Notes under the pieces: generated by a model
Told to the model about the DNA's origin: nothing
Seen by the model: only the letters and a program-made list of their open reading frames with translations
The model's database searches: none
Virus record (IMG/VR): IMGVR_UViG_3300032216_002178
Coordinates: 1-32,917 of that record
Source: a virus
Lineage: Duplodnaviria > Caudoviricetes
Strand: one strand, 5' to 3'
Length of the DNA: 32,917 nucleotides
Made by a program: the position numbers and the translations under genes
Shown: positions 1-9,879 of the stretch, one piece after another
Position numbering within the stretch: position 1 is the first letter of the stretch
Layout: the number at the start of each line of letters is the position of its first letter

Positions 1-942
1 AATTTAGTCGGAGAGTATATTTTTTATGACAACGGTCAAGAAATTTATAGATCAAAAAATATATTAACAAAATATGGCAAAAGGTATATCACTCAATATT
101 TGGCGGGCCAATCCAATAATTCATCAAAAGATATAGCTATAGGAATTGGTACCAATTCTGCAACAGAAAATGATACTCAGCTAAAATTTGAATTTTATAA
201 ATCTCAAGTTAATTTAAGTAGCATTGATATACAAACAAGCACAGTAACTGGCCTTAGCACATACGGGGTTGTTTATAAAACAACATTACCCCCAGATGTT
301 ACAGGTACAATAAATGAAATAGGACTATTCCCAAATGTTACTCTAGGTGCCACAGATTATTCAAGTAGATCTATTTCTAATTTTGAAAACAATCAGTATT
401 GGATAGCAGATGACGGAACTCAAGCAATTACAATTTCATCCCCAACCCCACTGATTGGTTCATACTATATGTCAGTTACCGCACCAGCATCTACAATTAA
501 AAAATATACCTACAACCTTAATTTAGATTTATCAGGATATAGCGCAAACGATAGCATGACTATTGCTTATAACCAAGCAGATACGAATCTAGACTATCTT
601 TTTGTAAGAGCCCACTCATCAGATGCCAATTATTATGAAATTAGATTTGCTGGCGATGTGACGGCAGAAAATAAAATTAAATCATTAACTTTAAATAACC
701 TTTATAGCAGTGGTTTTGGAGCGGGCACACCAGATAATACTTCAATAGTTAAAATTGTTGTTGGTGCAAAAGCAAAAAGCTCTGGAGCTACAACTGTACT
801 ATTAGATGGATTAAGAATAAATGATGAAGATTCATTTAGAACAGACTATGGATTAATTAGTAGATCAGTTTTGTCATCACCAATTGTAAAATCTTTAGGA
901 AGACAAATGGATATTGAATATAAATTAGGACTTACATTCTAA
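1..942 (+). CDS. Minor tail/baseplate-type virion protein, 5'-truncated
   Basis: Frame 1 is open from base 1 (NLVGEYIFYDNGQEIYRSKNILTKYGKRYITQYLAG...), so the gene starts before the window rather than at 100. IAIGIG..ATENDTQL..INEIGLF..IEYKL resembles tail-collar/baseplate proteins. It lies directly upstream of the tail fibre. Confidence 0.6.
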   Translation, partial: NLVGEYIFYDNGQEIYRSKNILTKYGKRYITQYLAGQSNNSSKDIAIGIGTNSATENDTQLKFEFYKSQVNLSSIDIQTSTVTGLSTYGVVYKTTLPPDVTGTINEIGLFPNVTLGATDYSSRSISNFENNQYWIADDGTQAITISSPTPLIGSYYMSVTAPASTIKKYTYNLNLDLSGYSANDSMTIAYNQADTNLDYLFVRAHSSDANYYEIRFAGDVTAENKIKSLTLNNLYSSGFGAGTPDNTSIVKIVVGAKAKSSGATTVLLDGLRINDEDSFRTDYGLISRSVLSSPIVKSLGRQMDIEYKLGLTF

Positions 943-943
943 A

Positions 944-3676
944 ATGTCAATACCAGTAGACGTCGGAGGTTCAGCGGTTCCAGCTGATTTACAAAAAACA
1001 ACAGCAGATGCGGCTGCCGTTGCTGCCCTAACGTCAAAAGATTCATATGATATTACATTAAGACTACCGCTTACTAGAGCAAATAAAACTTTTTCATTTT
1101 GGTTTAACTATGTATATCAAGATCAAGATACAAAAATAATAACAGAAGGACCAAGATCTCCTATTGTTCAATATGGATTTGATATTCCAAATTATACTAA
1201 GGGTGTACAAAATTTAACATTAACTGCAGGATTTAAATCATACGGAGTTAAATTTACAATAGATCCAACAAGTATTCAAGAAGATATTGTAATATTTGAA
1301 AGCCTTACTGCAGACTTTGCAAATCAATACATTGTGTATGTTGGAACATCCACAAACGTAACAATCAACACATCTGATTTTGCCCCACGTTGGGTTAAAG
1401 TAAGATCAAGAGATAAATGGCTTACTCAAAATAATACCGATGTTATTGCAGTGGGTCCAGATGCTGGAGGATCTGTAACTCCTAAAAATGCAGATCCAGA
1501 TACATCAACTGCCCCAGCAGCTCCTTCAGGGGTATCAGTTGTTGGTTCAGTAGATCCAGATGATAAAAGTGGTTTTAGTATACAGCTAGATGCTTCGTGG
1601 ACTGCAAGCTCTGATACTAATGTGGCGGGCTATGTAATAAGATGGACCACTCAAAATCCTGCTACAACACCAAGCCCTGTTTGGGAATATGGACAAGTTG
1701 ATGGTCGCACAACAACAAAGTTCAGCGTAACTGGAGCAATACCTAATACCTTATATTATTATCAAGTAACAGCAAAAAGCCCTTACAACGCAATATCCTG
1801 GACCTCACCACAATCAGGAACAGTTGGTCCAATTGTAGATGCCAACGCTCCATCAGATGCTTTTGCACAGCTTCGCTCTATATTATCTATAGGTGGAAAA
1901 ACTGCTGATTTGTTTAAAATAGGAACGGGCATAGCTCAATCAATTAATACATCAACAACTATTACTCCAGCACAAACAGCAGGAACCTATAGTGGAATTA
2001 TATTAAATAAATCTACAACAAACTACGGGCATAACTATTGGTTAAACACTGGTCAATTTAGAGTTGGAAGCGCTACAAACTTTTTATATTGGGATGGATC
2101 AAATCTTTATACAACAGGAAAAATAAATGCGACTGGCGGATCTTTTACAGGAGATGTTCAATTAAATGGCGGTACCCTATATGCTGGCGTATTGCCAAAC
2201 TCTGGAGCAAGAGTAAGACTAGATAATGCAGGAATATTTGCATATGATTCAAGTAATAATCAAACTGTAGCTATTACACAATCAGACGGAAAACTTGATG
2301 CTCGTCAAGGATATATTGGCGGGTGGACTATAAATGGTACAGCGCAAACTACGGGCTCTATATATAGCAGTAATACTAAAATTGAAAGTAATGGAACAAT
2401 TACTTTAGGAGATACTACAGGAACACTGCCATCTATTGTGCGATTAAGTGCCACAGATTCATACAGACTTTGGGTAGGTTCACAATCTTCTTCAGCAGCA
2501 GCATTTAAAGTTGATTCTAATGGAAAACTTTATGCAACAGGCGCAGTAATTGATGGTGATGCATCCATATCAGGCACAGTAACAATTGGTGGAACTACAG
2601 CATCTCAAGTTGTTTCTAATGCACAAAATGCATTGCAAGCTAACGGAACTTTTAACGGAACATTGGGTGCTTCCGCCACAGTTGGAGGATATGTTTTGTC
2701 TACCAGGTTGCAATCAGCTTATGACAAAGCTGTAGCTGCAGGAGATAACATAACTTTATTACAAAATAGAACTATTAATGCTGAAAATTCTTTAGCGCTA
2801 AAAGTTGCAGCTGCAGATGTTGCAACTGCAATCAATACAAATACAACTAAAATTGAAGGTGCAAAAATAGTAACTGGCTCTATTGAATTAAGTACTTTAA
2901 AAGTTGTTGGCGATACTTCAAATGGATTATTTATAGATAATTTAGGTATTAGAGGATATGCAGGAAATGTAAATACATTTAGCTTATCTTCAAGTGGAGC
3001 TCTTTCATTAAGAGGTACAGTATATGCAACATCAGGACAAATAGGTGGGTTTTCATTAAGTGGTGGAGATTTATCTGCAGATTTTTCTGTTGGTCCAAGA
3101 ATTTACTTTGGCAATAAAATAAATATTGGCTGGGAATCAGGGTACCCATTTACTAGTAGCAACGTATTTAACTTTATAGCTGGAAGCAATTCAGGAGACA
3201 CTGGAGCACAATTTTATGTAAATACAAACTCAAATGTGTTTAGATTTGCAGCAGATTCTGCATCAAGAGCCTACGCAGCTGAAATTAGAAATACTGTAAG
3301 GGCTACAAGTTTTAGATATATAGTTGATTCTGTAAAAGATTCTTCATCAAGAAGATTTAAAGAAAATATAACCTACCTTCCAGAAAGTTATTATAAAAAG
3401 ATTTTAGATGTTAAGCCAGCTTTTTATACGTATATAAATGAACACCCTGAAACAGATCCTGCAGTATGGGGAACAGGTTCAATGGGACCAATAGTAGAAG
3501 AACTTGAAGAAGTTGGCTTAGGATATTTTGTTCAAAGAAATTTAAATGGAGAGCCAACTGCTTTAAGAAATGAACACGCACTATTTTATTTATTAATACC
3601 TCTTGTAAAAGATATGAAAGATAAAATAGATACTCTTGAATTAAAAATAAATGAACTGGAGATTAAAAATGTTTAA
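944..3676 (+). CDS. Tail fibre / receptor-binding protein with FN3-like domain and C-terminal intramolecular chaperone (peptidase S74-like)
   Basis: FN3-like segment (PAAPSGV..ASWTAS..GYVIRW..YYYQVTA), Gly/Thr-rich beta repeats (GYIGGWTI, GQIGGFSL), autocleavage motif SSRRFKENI, C-terminal coiled coil. Confidence 0.8.
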   Translation: MSIPVDVGGSAVPADLQKTTADAAAVAALTSKDSYDITLRLPLTRANKTFSFWFNYVYQDQDTKIITEGPRSPIVQYGFDIPNYTKGVQNLTLTAGFKSYGVKFTIDPTSIQEDIVIFESLTADFANQYIVYVGTSTNVTINTSDFAPRWVKVRSRDKWLTQNNTDVIAVGPDAGGSVTPKNADPDTSTAPAAPSGVSVVGSVDPDDKSGFSIQLDASWTASSDTNVAGYVIRWTTQNPATTPSPVWEYGQVDGRTTTKFSVTGAIPNTLYYYQVTAKSPYNAISWTSPQSGTVGPIVDANAPSDAFAQLRSILSIGGKTADLFKIGTGIAQSINTSTTITPAQTAGTYSGIILNKSTTNYGHNYWLNTGQFRVGSATNFLYWDGSNLYTTGKINATGGSFTGDVQLNGGTLYAGVLPNSGARVRLDNAGIFAYDSSNNQTVAITQSDGKLDARQGYIGGWTINGTAQTTGSIYSSNTKIESNGTITLGDTTGTLPSIVRLSATDSYRLWVGSQSSSAAAFKVDSNGKLYATGAVIDGDASISGTVTIGGTTASQVVSNAQNALQANGTFNGTLGASATVGGYVLSTRLQSAYDKAVAAGDNITLLQNRTINAENSLALKVAAADVATAINTNTTKIEGAKIVTGSIELSTLKVVGDTSNGLFIDNLGIRGYAGNVNTFSLSSSGALSLRGTVYATSGQIGGFSLSGGDLSADFSVGPRIYFGNKINIGWESGYPFTSSNVFNFIAGSNSGDTGAQFYVNTNSNVFRFAADSASRAYAAEIRNTVRATSFRYIVDSVKDSSSRRFKENITYLPESYYKKILDVKPAFYTYINEHPETDPAVWGTGSMGPIVEELEEVGLGYFVQRNLNGEPTALRNEHALFYLLIPLVKDMKDKIDTLELKINELEIKNV

Positions 3677-3869
3677 ATTTTGGTGTTCTGTATGCATAAA
3701 CGATAAAGATTTATTTGCATCAAGTCTTGATTCAAATTTTGCTTACGCCAACTGTCCAGATTGTGGACTACTATTAAAAGAATCATATGCAAGACATTTA
3801 AATATTACAGATCAAGATATGACAACTGAATCATATAAGGCTTTGCACGGCCTAGACAGTAATCTTTAA
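3669..3869 (+). CDS. Small Zn-ribbon protein (CSVC...CPDC)
   Basis: The ATG at 3669 overlaps the end of the fibre gene; two CxxC pairs. Confidence 0.6.
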   Translation: MFKFWCSVCINDKDLFASSLDSNFAYANCPDCGLLLKESYARHLNITDQDMTTESYKALHGLDSNL

Positions 3870-3881
3870 TAATGATATACT
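3853..3881 (+). promoter_or_regulatory. Sigma70-type promoter
   Basis: TAGACA-N17-TATACT with TG extension (TGATATACT); SD AAGGAG downstream at 3893. Confidence 0.55.
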
Positions 3882-3903
3882 GTAAATCTATCAAGGAGAT
3901 ATA

Positions 3904-4062
3904 ATGGATAAAGCAGAATTAGTAATACAGGCATTACAGCAAAGAATTGGCGAAATAGTCTCACAATACGAGACACATGTTGCGGTTCTTCGTGCTGAAA
4001 TTACACAGCTAGTAGAACAAATTAAAGATCAGGAAGTTCCAGCGGAACAACCAAAGGAGTAA
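3904..4062 (+). CDS. 52-aa coiled-coil protein (not in ORF track)
   Basis: MDKAELVIQALQQRIGEIVSQYETHVAVLRAEITQLVEQIKDQEVPAEQPKE; SD AAGGAG upstream; fills the intergenic gap. Confidence 0.8.
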   Translation: MDKAELVIQALQQRIGEIVSQYETHVAVLRAEITQLVEQIKDQEVPAEQPKE

Positions 4063-4065
4063 CAA

Positions 4066-4524
4066 ATGGCAATCACCCTTAAACCAATGACAATCAATGC
4101 TGGAGACCCAGTAACATCTGATCTATTGTCATTAATAATTACAAATTTACAAACAGTTGCAAAGGGCGAAACGGTATCTAATATTGCAGTAGATGCATCA
4201 GGACTTGCAAATTCAACCGATCCAAAAGCTACAACTACAGTTGCATATAGCACTGTTGTGCCAGTTTCTGGAACTAAAGCAATTAAATCTTCAGATGCAG
4301 GTGGAACTCAATTTACTGCAAACTACGGAAAAACTTTTGTAGGCACACCAGCAGTTTGGGTTCAAATAAATACAATCGGCCAAAGCTCTCCCTCATGGAA
4401 TAATTCTCAAATTTTTCCACAAGTTGAAAGCGTTGGGCCAACTAGTGCATCTATTAGATTTAGAACAAATACAGCAAATGCAACTATAAAATTTACCGTA
4501 TTTGTTGCTGGGCAACTAGCTTAA
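4066..4524 (+). CDS. Putative tail-associated protein with H-type-lectin-like C-terminal domain
   Basis: N-terminal AGDPVTSDLL segment typical of fibre attachment; YGKTFVGTPAVWV beta-sandwich pattern; SD AAGGAG. Confidence 0.5.
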   Translation: MAITLKPMTINAGDPVTSDLLSLIITNLQTVAKGETVSNIAVDASGLANSTDPKATTTVAYSTVVPVSGTKAIKSSDAGGTQFTANYGKTFVGTPAVWVQINTIGQSSPSWNNSQIFPQVESVGPTSASIRFRTNTANATIKFTVFVAGQLA

Positions 4525-4528
4525 ACTA

Positions 4529-4556
4529 TTGACAAGTCAAACCAATATGTTACAAT
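4529..4556 (+). promoter_or_regulatory. Sigma70-type promoter opening the replication block
   Basis: TTGACA-N16-TACAAT with TG extension; the -35 sits inside the palindrome TTGACAAGTCAA. Confidence 0.6.
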
Positions 4557-4568
4557 TACTGTAACATC

Positions 4569-4593
4569 AAAGTCACGTACCCGTGACTTTTTT
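4569..4593 (+). terminator. Intrinsic terminator-like hairpin
   Basis: AAAGTCACG-TACC-CGTGACTTT followed by TTT. Confidence 0.65.
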
Positions 4594-4609
4594 CGTATTA
4601 AGGTATTTA

Positions 4610-5410
4610 ATGAGCAACGATTTAAAGTGGATGCTATCATCCGACCAGCAGTTTCCATATCAAGATGATAAGATGATCGCTTTGTGGTTTAAAGTTATGA
4701 AGTGGTTTAAGCCAGATGTTGTAGATTATTTGGGTGATACAGACGACCAAGCATGTTACAGTAAATATACAGAAGGCCGTTCCGCAGAATTTTTAGAATT
4801 ACATAAAAATGATAGTCGTGATTTAATTGTTCCTATGATGAGGCATGAAGCAAAGGGAGCAAGAGATTTTTATGCTAAGACTCGTGAGATGTTGCCAGAT
4901 GCACAGCTATTTTCAGCACTAGGCAATCATGATATTCGTATCTTTGATTATATTGATAAGAAGCTTCCAGACTATGCAAAAGATGTAACACCAGAATCAC
5001 TTTGGTCTTTAGACTCTTTAGGATATGAATATATTTATTACAACGAATTGCCAAAGCGCAGATTTGGAGATATCCACGTTCACCATGGACTTTCAATTGC
5101 TGCAACAGGATCAGCAAGAAAAGATATGGAAGATATGCAGATATCATTAATCCGTGGGCACTCACATAGAATTGCTTCTCATATGGTAACGTATGAGCTT
5201 AGAAATAATGGCGAGGGAGAAACCCTTCGTGGGTATGAGATTGGCCACATGTGCGATGAAAAATCAGATGGAATGAAATACACACAGCACCACGATTGGC
5301 AAAAAGGATTTGCAGTAGCACATATTGTAAATGATTATCCTCACATTCAAATGATTCACGTATCTCCCGACTACTCTTGTGTAGTAGATGGAAAGGTGTT
5401 TACTCTATAA
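4610..5410 (+). CDS. Calcineurin-like metallophosphoesterase
   Basis: SDQQ, LGDTDD, GNHD, HHG and GHSH motifs; the ATG at 4610 is preferred to the GTG inside the hairpin. Confidence 0.85.
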   Translation: MSNDLKWMLSSDQQFPYQDDKMIALWFKVMKWFKPDVVDYLGDTDDQACYSKYTEGRSAEFLELHKNDSRDLIVPMMRHEAKGARDFYAKTREMLPDAQLFSALGNHDIRIFDYIDKKLPDYAKDVTPESLWSLDSLGYEYIYYNELPKRRFGDIHVHHGLSIAATGSARKDMEDMQISLIRGHSHRIASHMVTYELRNNGEGETLRGYEIGHMCDEKSDGMKYTQHHDWQKGFAVAHIVNDYPHIQMIHVSPDYSCVVDGKVFTL

Positions 5411-5595
5411 TGTGGTGTGGCAAATGTGGTGGAAGAGTTTTTGTAGATAGAGTATTTTCTCAAAAACTACATATGGAATTGTTTTGCATCATGTGCGGGA
5501 AACGCTGGATGATTAATAAAGAAACGAGTGCTTTCGGTAAATGGCTAGATCAAAAAGAGACGGCAAATCAAAAAACTTACGGTATTTCTTCTTAA
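5410..5595 (+). CDS. Small Zn-finger protein (CGKC...CIMC)
   Basis: TAATG coupling to the upstream gene; two CxxC. Confidence 0.7.
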   Translation: MWCGKCGGRVFVDRVFSQKLHMELFCIMCGKRWMINKETSAFGKWLDQKETANQKTYGISS

Positions 5596-6026
5596 ACGAT
5601 AAGATACATAAAGTACTTAGTTCATCAAGATCAAAAGATGAGCTAATTGCTTGGTGCTATGCTGATAAAAAAAGAATGATGTATTCATATTCTCAAGTAA
5701 AAAAGAATATGGAAAAGGCTTATACTATTGTAGAAGTTGCAGCAATGTTAAATAAACATAGGGTAACGATACAAGATTATATTTTGGAAGAAAAGGTTAT
5801 GTCTCCAGACAAGATATATCCAATAGGAAATCCAGATAGCCCATCTTGGTCTAAATATATGTTTAATCAAAAACACATATTGGATATACATCAGCATATA
5901 TTGGATTCAGGGCATTCATCTGAAGTTCCATCCAAGGCAGAATTGCAGGGTCTTCTCAAAAACAACTTTATATTGTATACTAAAACAGACGAAGGAAAGT
6001 TTGTTCCAGTTTGGAAGGCGGAGTAA
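5541..6026 (+). CDS. Putative HTH DNA-binding protein
   Basis: YTIVEVAAMLNKHRVTIQDY, an excisionase/MerR-like HTH. Confidence 0.6.
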   Translation: MARSKRDGKSKNLRYFFLNDKIHKVLSSSRSKDELIAWCYADKKRMMYSYSQVKKNMEKAYTIVEVAAMLNKHRVTIQDYILEEKVMSPDKIYPIGNPDSPSWSKYMFNQKHILDIHQHILDSGHSSEVPSKAELQGLLKNNFILYTKTDEGKFVPVWKAE

Positions 6027-6136
6027 TGGCAAGTAATAAAATTGTAATTTGTCCACAATGCAAAAAAGAGTTGGAAGTCAGATCTGATTTTGCACATTTA
6101 ACATTATCGAACCATATTAAAAAGGAGCACAAATGA
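6026..6136 (+). CDS. 36-aa C2H2 Zn-finger microprotein (not in ORF track)
   Basis: MASNKIVICPQCKKELEVRSDFAHLTLSNHIKKEHK; TAATG and ATGA overlaps at the two ends. Confidence 0.75.
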   Translation: MASNKIVICPQCKKELEVRSDFAHLTLSNHIKKEHK

Positions 6137-6336
6137 CAACAAGAGTTAAAGTTGATTTATCATTTACCAGAAATTTAGGTAATTATGAGAGCATTAAAAT
6201 TGGCATTGGTGTTGAGGATGATGTTCGTCAAGGTGAACATGTTGATGTGGCAACAGAACGTGTCTATAAGTTTGTAGAAGAAAAGCTTATTCAGAAGACA
6301 CAAGAGGTGGAAGAAGAGCTAAAGCGTGGCAAGTGA
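6133..6336 (+). CDS. Phage hypothetical protein (NLGNYES motif)
   Basis: SD AAGGAG; motif recalled from small phage proteins near replication genes. Confidence 0.7.
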   Translation: MTTRVKVDLSFTRNLGNYESIKIGIGVEDDVRQGEHVDVATERVYKFVEEKLIQKTQEVEEELKRGK

Positions 6337-6646
6337 TAAGGGGCCCTATATTCTTTTAAGCCTATACCAATCTTTATTTAAAGAAAAGTATGGTCGTGTA
6401 CCCACAATTAATAAGTTTCGTGAAAAATGGGCTATGCAAGATGTTATCGATAGTGTAGGATATGATCGTGCTAAAGAGCTATTAGAGTATTATTTTGGAC
6501 TTACTAAAAATGGTCATCCATTGCAGTTTTTCTTTTATAACTTTGATAAGATGGATGCACTAAAGATTGAGATTGAAAAAGACAAAGCTAAACGTCGTTT
6601 GTTACTGGAGGAAACGAAGAAGATGGTTGAAGAAGGCGGACTATGA
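6326..6646 (+). CDS. Hypothetical protein, possible helicase loader/initiator partner
   Basis: Coupled (ATGA) to the helicase gene; function inferred from position only. Confidence 0.5.
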   Translation: MASDKGPYILLSLYQSLFKEKYGRVPTINKFREKWAMQDVIDSVGYDRAKELLEYYFGLTKNGHPLQFFFYNFDKMDALKIEIEKDKAKRRLLLEETKKMVEEGGL

Positions 6647-7911
6647 ATACAGAAGCAACATTAATTTCGGCAGTATGCAAAAATAAAGATATTAGTACAC
6701 TGCTTGCTGATAACGTAGACGAACTATTTAATTCCCATAAAGATATTTGGGAAGGCCTTAAGTCTTATTACTATAAGTTTAAAGCTGTGCCCGAAGTTGG
6801 AATCCTGCAAGAAAAGTTTAAAGACTTTGAGCCAGTAGATACAAAGGCGGAAACAGGATATTATTTAGATACCCTTAAAAACGAATTTCTTTCTAATAAG
6901 CTTAAAAATATTTTGCTAAGAAGCGGGTCTGCTTTGAAAGAAGATGCAGCTTCTAGAGTGCTTGAACAAATGCAAAGCCAGTTGGCTAGCCTTAGTAAGT
7001 TTACAAATAATGTTCGAGATCTTGATATTACCGATTCAGAAGCAGCAATTAGACATATGGAGCTACTTCGTATCAGGTCCTCCGAAATGGGTGGCTCTCC
7101 AGGCATTAAAACAGGTTTTGAGGCCATTGATCTAGCATACCCAACAGGTATGGCTCCAGGACACCTAATCGTCGCTATCGGCTGGCCAGGGCGTGGTAAG
7201 ACATGGTTTACATCTTACCTTGCATGCAAAGCTTGGGAACAAGGTTTTAAGCCCATGATTGTTTCTCTTGAAATGTCTCCTGAAAATATGCGTGATCGTA
7301 TTTATACAATGCTTGGCTCGGGTTTATTTAAGGCTTCAGATTTTTCAAAGGGCGATATTAATATTGATGATTTTCGTTCTTGGTCCTCAAAAAAGTTTGA
7401 GAACAAAAATAGTTTTATTCTTATTTCAAATGAAGGTAACACAGAAGTTACCCCTGCCACCATTCAAGGAAAAATTGACCAACATAAACCAGACCTTGTA
7501 ATTTTAGATTATCATCAGCTGTTTAATGATAATAAGAGAAGTCAATCAGAAGTTGAGCGAAATAGAAACGTATCTCGTGAGTTTAAGATGCTTGCAGTTT
7601 CAAACAATATCCCAATTATTGATATTACTGCAGCAACGGCTGATGATGTATCAGATCAAGATAATCCACCGATGATGTCTCAAGTTGCGTGGTCTAAAGC
7701 AATCGAGTACGATGCTGATATGGCTATGGCCGTTCATAAATATCCAGGAACCAATATGATTGAGGTGGTGTCACGTAAGAATAGACATGGTCACGAATTT
7801 GGTCTATATTTAGATTGGGATATCAACCGTGGTATCATCAAAGAAATTTATGAGAATCCTTTCCAAAATAATGAATCACAAACAGATAAAAAGATTTCAA
7901 GTAGAGGTTAA
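6643..7911 (+). CDS. dnaB: DnaB-like replicative helicase
   Basis: Walker A GWPGRGKT, SLEMS, Walker B ILDYHQL, IEYDAD, KNRHG. Confidence 0.93.
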   Translation: MNTEATLISAVCKNKDISTLLADNVDELFNSHKDIWEGLKSYYYKFKAVPEVGILQEKFKDFEPVDTKAETGYYLDTLKNEFLSNKLKNILLRSGSALKEDAASRVLEQMQSQLASLSKFTNNVRDLDITDSEAAIRHMELLRIRSSEMGGSPGIKTGFEAIDLAYPTGMAPGHLIVAIGWPGRGKTWFTSYLACKAWEQGFKPMIVSLEMSPENMRDRIYTMLGSGLFKASDFSKGDINIDDFRSWSSKKFENKNSFILISNEGNTEVTPATIQGKIDQHKPDLVILDYHQLFNDNKRSQSEVERNRNVSREFKMLAVSNNIPIIDITAATADDVSDQDNPPMMSQVAWSKAIEYDADMAMAVHKYPGTNMIEVVSRKNRHGHEFGLYLDWDINRGIIKEIYENPFQNNESQTDKKISSRG

Positions 7912-8161
7912 ATTTAAAGACGACTCAGACATGATCAGAGTTAGAGCACAATATGATAGCTTGTTAACTCAAGACATGAAAGGTAAAGGCTATGCGAGAG
8001 TACTTGACATAGACCCTAGCTTTTCGGTAGAATTTGACGGACAAACATGGATGTTCTTAATGACACTCTATGGAGTATATGTGGGAAAGAAGAAAGCATG
8101 GCAATCAGAGGGTATAACGCAAGGAAAATTGATTCCACGCAGTACGCCCATTCTCAAATAA
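7871..8161 (+). CDS. Hypothetical protein
   Basis: ORF bridging helicase and primase; ATG at 7871 chosen. Confidence 0.6.
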   Translation: MNHKQIKRFQVEVKFKDDSDMIRVRAQYDSLLTQDMKGKGYARVLDIDPSFSVEFDGQTWMFLMTLYGVYVGKKKAWQSEGITQGKLIPRSTPILK

Positions 8162-9090
8162 AGGCTATTGTAAAAGCTTTAGGGCTTAAGGAAACATCTG
8201 AAGCCAATAATAACTTACTTTTATATTGTCCATTTCATTCTAATAGACACACTGCCAGCTTTAGCATTAGTTGCGATAACGGAGCTTGGCTTTGCTATAA
8301 TCCAGCTTGTGGAGAATCTGGCAGTTTAATTGAGCTTGTAAAAAGAATTTTACATAAAAACGATTTCGAAGCCCTTAGATTTATCGGATCTAAACAAAAC
8401 GAAGCTTTAGAAAATTTTGATGAAATGCTTGAAGGTTTAATGGAAGATAAACCTGAGTTTGAAGAGTTTCCACAAGAAACAATAGATAGACTTCATGCAG
8501 ATTTAGCAGAAAGTAAGCAAGCAAAAGAGTATTTAGGGTCAAGGTTAATTACAAAAGAATCTGCCGAATATTTTACTTTGGGCTATTCTCCAACAATGAA
8601 TATGGTTGTTACTCCAGTTCATAGTCCAGATGGAACTCCAATCGGAATCGTTGGAAGATCTATTGAAGGTAAGTCTTTTAAAAATAGCACTAACCTTCCA
8701 AAGAGCAAAACATTATTTAATATTCATCGTGCTAAAAAAATTGGAGACCACGTTATCATTGTTGAATCTAATTTTGATGCCATTAGAATTCAACAAGCAG
8801 GCTTTCCTAATGTTGTGGCAACTTTAGGCGGATCTTTATCTGTAGAGCAACAAAAATTGCTTAATAAGTATTTTAGCAAAATAACAATTATGACTGATGC
8901 CGATGAAGCTGGGCGGGAATTGGGAATGAGTATTGCTAATAGATTAAATATGAAAGATATCTTGTGGGCTTCTTATGATTATGGTAAGATATACCCTCAT
9001 GATGCAAAAGATGCAGGAGATATGACAAGCGAAGAAATAATAAAATGCATTAAAAATGCCGTTTCTCATATTGAATATGTCAGTTGGTAA
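8098..9090 (+). CDS. dnaG: DNA primase (CHC2 Zn finger + TOPRIM)
   Basis: CPFH..C..C Zn finger; VESNFD and DADEAG TOPRIM motifs; KDAGD; start position uncertain. Confidence 0.9.
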   Translation: MAIRGYNARKIDSTQYAHSQIKAIVKALGLKETSEANNNLLLYCPFHSNRHTASFSISCDNGAWLCYNPACGESGSLIELVKRILHKNDFEALRFIGSKQNEALENFDEMLEGLMEDKPEFEEFPQETIDRLHADLAESKQAKEYLGSRLITKESAEYFTLGYSPTMNMVVTPVHSPDGTPIGIVGRSIEGKSFKNSTNLPKSKTLFNIHRAKKIGDHVIIVESNFDAIRIQQAGFPNVVATLGGSLSVEQQKLLNKYFSKITIMTDADEAGRELGMSIANRLNMKDILWASYDYGKIYPHDAKDAGDMTSEEIIKCIKNAVSHIEYVSW

Positions 9091-9099
9091 TGATATAAT
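9071..9099 (+). promoter_or_regulatory. Sigma70-type promoter for the SSB gene
   Basis: TTGAAT-N17-TATAAT with TG extension. Confidence 0.7.
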
Positions 9100-9148
9100 A
9101 AGTAATACAGATGGATATATACCATCAACTACAAACTAAGGAGATACA

Positions 9149-9820
9149 ATGGGTATCGTTAAAGGACTAAAAGACCTAAATAAGGTTATGGACAAGCCTT
9201 CATATTCAGAAGGTGACGCAGTAAAGGCTCGTTGGGCCAAGCTTGAAGATGCTGAAAGCGTGAAGGTTCGTTTCCTTCAAGAGCTTGATCCAGATTCACC
9301 AACATACAACGAAAAGGCTGGACTTGGTTTTATTGCCGTAGAGCATACCAATCCAAAAGATTATCGTCGCAAGGCGCTTTGCACAATGGAAGATCAAGGC
9401 AAGTGCTATGGATGCGAACAACACCGCAAAGATTACAAGGCTGGATGGAAGGGTCGTTCACGACTTTACATTAATGTTTTAATCGATGATGGCAAAGAAG
9501 ACCCATACGTGGCAATTCTTTCTCAGGGTTCAAGCGGTAAAACAATTACACCAACACTTATTGAGTACGCAGGAGAAATGGGTTCAATTACAAACCTAAT
9601 GTGGCGTATTAAGCGTTCGGGAACAAAGACAGACACAAGCTATACAATTATTCCACTTGCTAAAGATGAAGCTCCATTTGATTCATCTTCACTAGAGCTA
9701 TATGATCTAGAAACAACAGCAGTTCGTGACTTGCCTTATACAGAGCAAGAAGCTTTCTTTGCTGGTGAAGGCGGAAATGCAGAAGAACCTTCTGCAACTA
9801 GCAGCAGCGTAGACTGGTAA
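9149..9820 (+). CDS. Phage single-stranded DNA-binding protein (gp32-like)
   Basis: VRFL, H..C..CYGC Zn ligands, IKRSG..TDTSY, acidic tail ending in W; strong SD TAAGGAG; lies between primase and polymerase. Confidence 0.75.
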   Translation: MGIVKGLKDLNKVMDKPSYSEGDAVKARWAKLEDAESVKVRFLQELDPDSPTYNEKAGLGFIAVEHTNPKDYRRKALCTMEDQGKCYGCEQHRKDYKAGWKGRSRLYINVLIDDGKEDPYVAILSQGSSGKTITPTLIEYAGEMGSITNLMWRIKRSGTKTDTSYTIIPLAKDEAPFDSSSLELYDLETTAVRDLPYTEQEAFFAGEGGNAEEPSATSSSVDW

Positions 9821-9831
9821 GCTAAAATAGT

Positions 9832-9865
9832 TAGGGGCAGTCTATTGACTGCCCCTATTCTATTT
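9832..9865 (+). terminator. Intrinsic terminator-like hairpin after SSB
   Basis: TAGGGGCAGTC-TATT-GACTGCCCCTA, an 11-bp perfect stem, followed by TTCTATTT. Confidence 0.75.
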
Positions 9866-9873
9866 AGTAGAAT
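9845..9873 (+). promoter_or_regulatory. Promoter for the dnaE operon, leaderless start
   Basis: TTGACT-N17-TAGAAT; the ATG at 9880 falls at the predicted +1. Confidence 0.65.
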
Positions 9874-9879
9874 GACATC

